A stretch of DNA of 24,653 bases, from the sequence record NZ_CP092562.1, one strand, 5' to 3'. This stretch comes from a plasmid. The notes beneath the pieces are model-generated. The model was not told the origin of the DNA. It ran no database searches and saw only the letters and a list, made by a program, of their open reading frames with translations. Position numbers and translations under genes: made by a program. Below are positions 18,900 to 24,653 of this stretch, one piece after another; position 1 is the first letter of the stretch; each line of letters opens with the position of its first letter.

Positions 18900-19526
18900 G
18901 TGATAAAACTTGAAAATGTTTTTGTAAAAAAAGGTAATAAAAACATTTTAGACGGATGTAACTTTAATTTTGAAAAAGGAAAATCATATGCTTTAGTTGG
19001 AGAAAGTGGCGCTGGAAAATCTACTTTACTTAACATAATCGCTGGGTTCGAAGATGTATCACAAGGAAGCATATATATTGAAGATAAGTTACTAAAAAAG
19101 AAAGTCGATTTTTATAGATATACGTTAGGGTATTTGTTTCAAAATTTTGCTTTACTTGAAAATCAAACAATCAGTCAAAATTTAGATTTAGCCCTAAAGT
19201 TCAAAAAGAATAAAAAAGATAATATGAACTTAAAGAAAGAAGTATTAAAAAAGGTCGGCCTAGATTTAGATATCAAGAGAATTGTTAGTTCTCTAAGCGG
19301 TGGTGAACAACAAAGAGTAGCATTGGCAAGATTAATATTAAAAGATCCGAAAATCATTTTAGCTGATGAACCTACTGGATCACTAGATACGAAAAATGGA
19401 AAAATAGTTATTGATTTATTATTGAAGCTACTTGATGAAAATAAAACTATGATTGTCGTAACGCATGATTTAGAGCTTGCGAAACGATTTGATGTCATAG
19501 TCAATATTTCTGAGCTTAGAAGTTAA
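18900..19526 (+). CDS. ABC transporter ATP-binding protein (bacteriocin export/immunity)
   Basis: GTG start after GAGGTG. Walker A GESGAGKST, signature LSGGEQQR, Walker B ILADEPT, H-loop. Confidence 0.85.
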   Translation: MIKLENVFVKKGNKNILDGCNFNFEKGKSYALVGESGAGKSTLLNIIAGFEDVSQGSIYIEDKLLKKKVDFYRYTLGYLFQNFALLENQTISQNLDLALKFKKNKKDNMNLKKEVLKKVGLDLDIKRIVSSLSGGEQQRVALARLILKDPKIILADEPTGSLDTKNGKIVIDLLLKLLDENKTMIVVTHDLELAKRFDVIVNISELRS

Positions 19527-19606
19527 GAAATATTGATAGGTATAGCCATACATAGAGAAAAAACAATATGAAATATGATTAGTCATTACTTTTGAGTTTT
19601 TTAATT

Positions 19607-19634
19607 TAAGGACTGGATTTTCCAGTCCTTTTTT
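19607..19634 (+). terminator. Rho-independent terminator (GGACTGG-ATTTT-CCAGTCC + T6)
   Basis: A 7-bp GC-rich stem followed by TTTTTT. Confidence 0.7.
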
Positions 19635-19763
19635 GTGATGACAAAAAACAAGCCTCGCAGAGCACACGTTTTTAATGACTTATTTGGTTTTTAATAAGTC
19701 TAGTATGTTAAAACTTTTCTGTGTTTAGGTGTTATAATCATATGCAGTGGAAGTTGATTTATT

Positions 19764-20974
19764 ATGTCTTATTCAATTATTCGAGTTGTTAAAGTGAAAT
19801 CAAAAACAAATACAAGAGGTATTCAAAGAGAAAATAAAAATTATGAAAATATAGATATTGATTTAAGTAAGTCATATTTAAACTATGATTTAGTCAATGA
19901 TACTAAGTTTGATTTTAATAAAAAAATTGATGAGAAAATCGAACAAAATTATAAAGGGAAACGCAAAATTAGAACAGATGCCATTAAACATATTGATGGA
20001 TTAATTACATCAGATAATGTGTTTTTAATCAATTATCTGAAGAAGAGACAAAATAGTTTTTTAAGCATGCTAAAGCGTTCTTGGAAGAAGAATACGGTAA
20101 AGAAAATCTTTTATATGCGACAGTACATATGGATGAGATAACACCACATATGCATTATGGCGTAATTCCTATTACTAAAGATGGACGTTTAAGTGCGAAA
20201 GAAGTTGTAGGTAATAAAAAAGCATTAACCGAATTCCAAGATAGATTCAATACGTATATTAATAAGCAAGGCTATGATTTAAAACGAGGAATTTCTAGAC
20301 AACTTACAAAAGAAAAACATGATCAAGTTAGCGGCTATAAACAAAAAACAGAATATCATAAACAAATGTATATGCGCGAGAAGCAAATAGAGGATCATTT
20401 AAAGTAAGAAAATGATAAATTGATACAAAACTACCAAAAATCATTAGATACGCTTAAAAAGCTTCTGAGTGTCATGTATGAAATTAAAACTAAAAATGTA
20501 GGTGGATGGTTTCATAAAGAGAAGCAAGAAACAGGCAATATTGTAATTACTAAAACTTATTTTGAAAAATACACTAAACAAATTAAAGCAGCACAGATGA
20601 TATTAGATGATTATGAATGGATTAAAAGTGGGAAGTCATTAAAAAAATCAGAGAAACAAAATGAAAGTTTAGTTAATGAATTGACTAGTGTCCATATGGA
20701 AAATGAAAAGCTGGTTGAAGAATTTAATGATTTAGCACAACGTTATAATTATTTGTTGTCAGAGAATGAAAAGAAAGATAAAGAACTAAATTATACGCTT
20801 AAGTTATTCAATCAAGTTTTTAAAATCATTAAAAGTATGATGAAAGAAGAGCGTTATCATACGCTAATAAATCATATTGATAATCATTTAGACAATTCTA
20901 AAATACGTGAAGTAATGACGATAGATAACAATGATGAACAGTTCTTTAAGAAGAAATATCAAGCACAAGAATGA
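19764..20974 (+). pseudogene. mob: Pre/Mob-family (Mob_Pre) relaxase gene, disrupted by a frameshift and an in-frame stop
   Basis: The N-terminus [13 protein letters not shown] and the motif [15 protein letters not shown] are Mob_Pre hallmarks. The reading frame shifts at the T6 run 20057-20062; restoring one T gives ...[34 protein letters not shown] at 20405-20407 interrupts the same frame, which then continues into a coiled-coil C-terminus ending at 20974. Confidence 0.75.
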
Positions 20975-21169
20975 GAAATCATTTTTAAAGAAGATAGAGA
21001 AGATGGTTATACATTATAAAAATAGATATTTAAATGCATTTGTTTGAGGTTAATTATTTTTTAGGATGAAAAATAGGTAGCCCCCCTCTAACTTTTTAAT
21101 ATATTTTTATAAATCTTTTTAAAAATCTTTTAGGGGCTTGTTCAGACCTAGAGCAACAAGGGATTTCAA

Positions 21170-21315
21170 TGCCTAAAGGAGTGTTTTTGCCACATAAAAG
21201 GGGTGTTTTAAAAAGTTGTACTCCTTTTATGGTTTGACATTGATAATAAAGTAGTTTATTGTGAATAAAAGTTTTCAAATGGGAGTGTATATTCAAACGA
21301 TACTCCTTTAGGTTC
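21170..21315. promoter_or_regulatory. Candidate origin/iteron region of the Rep_3 replicon
   Basis: Three direct copies, AAAGGAGTGTTTTT, AAAAGGGGTGTTTT and AATGGGAGTGTAT, and two inverted copies, GTACTCCTTTT and ATACTCCTTTA. They are flanked by the inverted G-rich pair AGCCCCCCTCT (21077) and AGGGGGGCT (21323). Confidence 0.4.
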
Positions 21316-21336
21316 GTAATAAAGGGGGGCTGTATC

Positions 21337-22197
21337 ATGACAGGAGAGACAGTTGTATATAAAAATGAAATGAATTTAGTTCCATTAAGGCGATTTACAG
21401 CTACTGAAATTAATTTATTTTTTGCGATGTGTAATAAATTAAAAGAGCAAGATACTAATACATTACGTTTGTCTTTTGATGAATTAAAAAAATTAAGTAA
21501 TTATAGTCCAGAAACACGTAATATTAATAGATTTGCTAATGATTTAGATAATGTGTATAAAAAGATGTTGAATTTAACCATTAGATATGAAGATGATGAT
21601 GTAATAGAAAGATTCGTTTTATTCAATCATTATAGAATCCATAAGCGAGAACAATATCTAGAAATATCAACTTCTTCAAATTTAAAACACATATTGAATT
21701 CAATTACTAATAATTTTACAAAATTTGAATTAAAAGAAATGACTAGGCTTAAATCTACATATTCTAAAAATATGTTTAGATTACTTAAACAATACAAACA
21801 TACAGGCTATTTAAAAATTCACATCGATGATTTTAAAAATCGTTTAGATATACCTAAATCTTATCGTATGACTGATATTAACAAAAATGTTTTTAAACCT
21901 ATTATTATTGAATTAGGTTCTATATTTAATAATCTTACTATCAATAAAATCAAAGCTAAAAAAGGGCGTAAAATTGAATGGATAGAGTTCACATTTGACG
22001 CTGAGAAACGCATTCATAACAAACGACAACCTCAAATGTCCAAGATAGATAAATCAAGACAATATGTGAGGCGTGAAAAGACGCCTAAATGGTTAGAAGA
22101 ACGGTCATATGAAAAGCAACCTCAAAAAGATTACGACCCACAATTAGAGAAAGAACGAGAGGATTTTTTAAAACAACTTGAACTGAATTGGGAATAA
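21337..22197 (+). CDS. Rep_3-family (RepB-like) theta replication initiator; this is a second replicon
   Basis: 286 aa. The N-terminal pattern ...YKNEMNLVPLRRFTATEINLFFAMCNKL...LSFDELKKL is typical of Rep_3 initiators of small staphylococcal plasmids. It has a basic C-terminus. Confidence 0.7.
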   Translation: MTGETVVYKNEMNLVPLRRFTATEINLFFAMCNKLKEQDTNTLRLSFDELKKLSNYSPETRNINRFANDLDNVYKKMLNLTIRYEDDDVIERFVLFNHYRIHKREQYLEISTSSNLKHILNSITNNFTKFELKEMTRLKSTYSKNMFRLLKQYKHTGYLKIHIDDFKNRLDIPKSYRMTDINKNVFKPIIIELGSIFNNLTINKIKAKKGRKIEWIEFTFDAEKRIHNKRQPQMSKIDKSRQYVRREKTPKWLEERSYEKQPQKDYDPQLEKEREDFLKQLELNWE

Positions 22198-22283
22198 CGC
22201 AACTTTTCGTTGCGAGTTGGTTAACTAAAAGTATCGTGACTTTTCAATTATTTTAATTATAGTTTGAGTTAAGGAGTGATTTT

Positions 22284-22625
22284 ATGAAATTAGCTGAAGC
22301 TATAAAAGAACAGAGAGAATTAAAAAGATGGTCTCAAGAGGAATTAGCCAATATATTAAAGGTTTCCAGACAAAGTGTTTCTAAATGGGAAAGTGCCAAA
22401 AACTATCCTTCCTTAGATATTTTGATTGCTATGAGCGATTTATTTGGAATCTCTTTAGAGCATTTAATTAAAGGAGATGCACGTTTTAAAAAAGTTATTT
22501 TAGAGGGAAATTATAGAGAGAGTAACAGGGCACCTTCCATAGTTGATTTTCTTTATGATTTTTGGTGGCTTTTCTTTCCTGTTGCCGGATTTTTAGTTTG
22601 GGCCATTCATTCGTTCATGGGTTGA
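22284..22625 (+). CDS. XRE-family HTH regulator with a C-terminal transmembrane helix
   Basis: HTH at QEELANILKVSRQSVSKWE. Hydrophobic C-terminus FWWLFFPVAGFLVWAI. Confidence 0.65.
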   Translation: MKLAEAIKEQRELKRWSQEELANILKVSRQSVSKWESAKNYPSLDILIAMSDLFGISLEHLIKGDARFKKVILEGNYRESNRAPSIVDFLYDFWWLFFPVAGFLVWAIHSFMG

Positions 22626-22751
22626 TTTTAAAATCAAAATTTAATGCACATCAGGCAATATGAAAAAGGAAAGTATTTTTACGACACCTTGAAATGTATT
22701 GATAAGAATAGAAGAGTTTACAAAAGGCAATATGAAATATATACTAAAAGT

Positions 22752-22815
22752 AACAAGAATTTCGTTTGTAAACGCACCAAACCCCGAACTATTCGCCGTA
22801 GTTCGGGGTTTTTTG
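22752..22815 (+). ncRNA. SprA1AS-like antisense RNA (about 64 nt) for toxin 2
   Basis: Promoter TTTACA-17-TATACT (22717-22745). The predicted 5' end, AACAAGAAUUUCGUUUGUAAACGCACC, is complementary (allowing G-U pairs) to the toxin-2 SD/start region (+ strand 22918-22948). It ends at the terminator CCCCGAACTA/TAGTTCGGGG followed by T6. Confidence 0.5.
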
Positions 22816-22839
22816 GTGAATTGGCTTTAATCGTCTATA

Positions 22840-22935
22840 TTATTTTTTATCACGTTTATGGAGCCAATAACCAAATAACGTAACGAGACAACCACTGATT
22901 GCCGTTGTCATGATGTGAACAAGAATTTCATTCAT
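22840..22935 (-). CDS. Type I toxin, SprA1/PepA1-like membrane peptide (31 aa, MNEILVHIMTTAISGCLVTLFGYWLHKRDKK)
   Basis: Paralogue of the 5409-5501 peptide. ATG 7 nt after GGAGGTG. The 5' UTR carries the same CTCTC...GAGAG SD-occluding arrangement (22950-22990). Confidence 0.65.
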   Translation of the reverse strand: MNEILVHIMTTAISGCLVTLFGYWLHKRDKK

Positions 22936-23084
22936 AAATCGCACCTCCTCTCTACGCCGAATTGACGTCTGAGAGATAGACGACCTTCACATTATAACAA
23001 ATCTCTTCTTCCATGAAATAACATGAATATTAATAAATGTTGTTATATATTAAAGATAAATAAATATAAGGGTGGGATTGATAA

Positions 23085-23269
23085 TGTTTGGCGATCAAAG
23101 ACAAGAAGCTACAAAATATGTCATTAAAGAAGGTTATCAAGATATTTATTTCCTCAACAAAAACGGGGAATGGTATTATTTCGAAGTAAGAAGTGCCTGG
23201 CGTGGCAAACATATTATTAGAGTTAAAGATGGTTTGTTAGGTTGGAGAAAAGAAATAGTAACTGAATAA
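23085..23269 (+). CDS. Hypothetical small protein (61 aa)
   Basis: ATG after GGGTGGG. No family recognised. A terminator follows it. Confidence 0.35.
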
Positions 23270-23353
23270 AGATACAAAATACTTGCCAATGCAAAAGAAT
23301 GAAAACGCGTCAAATCAACGATGTATAAAAGATGCATAAAAGATAATGAAAGT

Positions 23354-23399
23354 AAAAAACCATAAATGCCTATATGACGGCATTTATGGCTTTTTGTTT
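23354..23399. terminator. Bidirectional terminator (CCATAAATGCC...GGCATTTATGG flanked by A- and T-runs) between the small ORF and par
   Basis: An 11-bp stem. AAAAAA precedes it and CTTTTTGTTT follows it. Confidence 0.6.
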
Positions 23400-23484
23400 G
23401 GTTAACATAATCGATGATTACCAGAAGTTCTCACTATATAAAAGACACTAAAATTTTATAACTTTTAGTGCCTAATCAATTATT

Positions 23485-24228
23485 TTAGCTACCAAACAAA
23501 CGACTCCAAAACCCCTTTTTAGGTTCCGTTTCTTCACTCTTTTCTTCTATATCACTATCATTGTCATTTAGATTAGCTGGAACGTCTTCTTTTTTTGCTT
23601 CTTCACCTTGTGTACTTTCGTCGCTTTGACTTCCAGATATATCCTTATATTGAATCTCTGTTTCTTTAGTTTCTTCCTGATCTCTGTTAATATTTACAGG
23701 ATTAGTAGTATATGTTTTTTCTTGTGCATCAACGTTTTGTCTAGTGTTAGTAGATGTATCAAAGGGATAATTAAGGTGTTTTTCTTTTTCTAATTGATTT
23801 TCTAATTTTTGAATCTTTTTATTACTCTCTAATGCCAGAACTTGCTGATTTTCAAGCAATTTTGATCTTTCTTGCAACTCTTTTCTGTAAAATTCAATTG
23901 TTGTTTCATGACGACTTTCTTGTTTTTCAATTTGATTATTTAAAGTATCAATCTGATTTTTAAGGATTTCTACTATTTGAGCATCGCTTTTCGATTCAAA
24001 ATTAATATTATCCGACCCTTTTTTTTGTTTGTCTTCAGTAGTACTTTCAAAACCATATTTCTTTTTATTTTCATTTACTCTTTGAATGATTTTTTCTATA
24101 TCGGTATCTTCTTTAATAAACGAAGTGTTTTCCTGTTTTATTGTCTCTATATTCAATCGCTTAATATTATTAAAAATCGTTTGCTTACTAACCCCTAATT
24201 CTTCACTCAACTTTTTCACACTTTTCAT
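23485..24228 (-). CDS. par: pSK1-type plasmid partitioning/maintenance protein Par (N-terminal HTH, coiled-coil, acidic C-terminus)
   Basis: 247 aa. HTH at MKSVKKLSEELGVSKQTIFNNIKRL. A long coiled-coil region. It sits next to a palindrome-rich region and, if the plasmid is circular, diverges from the RepA_N rep. Confidence 0.6.
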   Translation of the reverse strand: MKSVKKLSEELGVSKQTIFNNIKRLNIETIKQENTSFIKEDTDIEKIIQRVNENKKKYGFESTTEDKQKKGSDNINFESKSDAQIVEILKNQIDTLNNQIEKQESRHETTIEFYRKELQERSKLLENQQVLALESNKKIQKLENQLEKEKHLNYPFDTSTNTRQNVDAQEKTYTTNPVNINRDQEETKETEIQYKDISGSQSDESTQGEEAKKEDVPANLNDNDSDIEEKSEETEPKKGFWSRLFGS

Positions 24229-24239
24229 ATCATCAACCC

Positions 24240-24400
24240 TTTATAAAATGTTTATAAACCCTTGATAAAATATTATAAGCTTATAATGCTTAATAATAAA
24301 GTGATTAATAAATAAAAATAAACATCCATCAACCTTTTTATCAAGGGTTTATGAAAGGTTTATGATATTTATCAAGGGTTTATAAACCCTTGATAAAGCT
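24240..24400. promoter_or_regulatory. par upstream region with repeated TTTATCAAGGGTTTATA / TATAAACCCTTGATAAA sites, including a 30-bp perfect palindrome (24369-24398)
   Basis: Read directly: TTTATCAAGGGTTTATAAACCCTTGATAAA is a perfect dyad. Further half-site copies lie at about 24257-24276 and 24338-24353. Confidence 0.55.
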
Positions 24401-24453
24401 ATATTTTCCCTTTTATAAGTTTATTTAAAGTGCTATAATAAACTTAATATAAC

Positions 24454-24490
24454 AAAAACCCCAACTACTGGTAATAGTCGGGGTTTGGTA
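24454..24490 (-). terminator. Hairpin CCCCAACTA/TAGTCGGGG with a U-run on the minus strand; same motif family as the TA-locus terminators
   Basis: Resembles the hairpins at 5538-5563 and 22782-22808 (CCCCnnACTA...TAGTnnGGGG-TTGGT). Confidence 0.35.
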
Positions 24491-24613
24491 ATAAAACGTT
24501 TAGAAACTGTTTATTTATATAATTTTCGATACTTGTATTATATAATGAATAATATCTTAGTGCAAGCACCTAAATCATTAAATAAATGTAAAGCTAAATA
24601 AAAACGTTTTATT

Positions 24614-24650
24614 ACCTCTTACCAAACTAAAATATGGAAAGAGGTTTTTT
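24614..24650 (+). terminator. Leader stem-loop ACCTCTT...AAGAGGT + T6 at the window end (possible rep leader attenuator or RBS-occluding structure)
   Basis: A 7-bp stem whose 3' arm contains AAGAGG, followed by TTTTTTGTC. If the molecule is circular, this lies 9 nt before the rep ATG at position 1. Confidence 0.3.
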
Positions 24651-24653
24651 GTC

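Noticed and set aside
22644-22883. 79-aa plus-strand ORF
   Set aside because: It reads through a strong terminator (22782-22814) and coincides with the predicted antisense RNA of TA module 2. It overlaps the toxin gene on the other strand.
21096-24198. Short ORFs 21096-21338, 23030-23212, 23608-23793 and 23977-24198
   Set aside because: They overlap the Rep_3 origin repeats, or lie antisense to the small ORF or to par. They are low-complexity and lack RBSs.

Overview
This 24.6-kb window looks like a staphylococcal multiresistance plasmid of the pI258/pSK1 type. It is built from several mobile modules on a RepA_N theta backbone.

Features supported by the sequence, in order:
- A RepA_N replication initiator (1-984) with 23-bp tandem repeats inside its coding sequence.
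- A region (about 1.5-5.3 kb) that appears to derive from rolling-circle (RCR) plasmids. It holds two near-identical copies (about 97%) of a roughly 157-bp ssoA/palA-like structured element with the CS-6 TAGCGT loop motif. It also holds two copies of a pC194-type dso nick-site motif whose homology breaks at the predicted nick, and two copies of an unexplained ~260-bp repeat that start exactly at those junctions. The cargo here is a secreted Cys-rich protein plus a divergent small membrane protein, and the cadD-cadX cadmium operon with a perfect 20-bp palindromic operator.
- Two sprA1/PepA1-like type I toxin loci, each with a convergent roughly 64-nt antisense RNA locus that is complementary to its toxin's start region.
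- A plasmid-borne MarR plus YhdH-family quinone oxidoreductase pair.
- A truncated Tn552 (blaZ, blaR1-blaI, binL, p480) ending in a chimeric ORF that joins the N-terminus of p271 to the C-terminus of a Sin-like resolvase.
- A pI258-type arsRBC operon.
- A complete lactococcin-972-family bacteriocin locus: pre-bacteriocin, a large polytopic membrane protein, a YxeA-like protein and an ABC ATPase, with a 19-bp attenuator-like hairpin after the structural gene.
- A Pre/Mob relaxase gene inactivated by a single-T frameshift in a poly-T run and an in-frame TAA.
- A second, Rep_3-type replicon with iteron-like repeats.
- An XRE regulator.
- A pSK1-type Par protein followed by a 30-bp perfect palindrome and related repeats.

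No CRISPR array, rRNA, tRNA or intact IS element was seen. Every family assignment rests on my reading of the translated ORFs and on motif recall; none was confirmed by a search.
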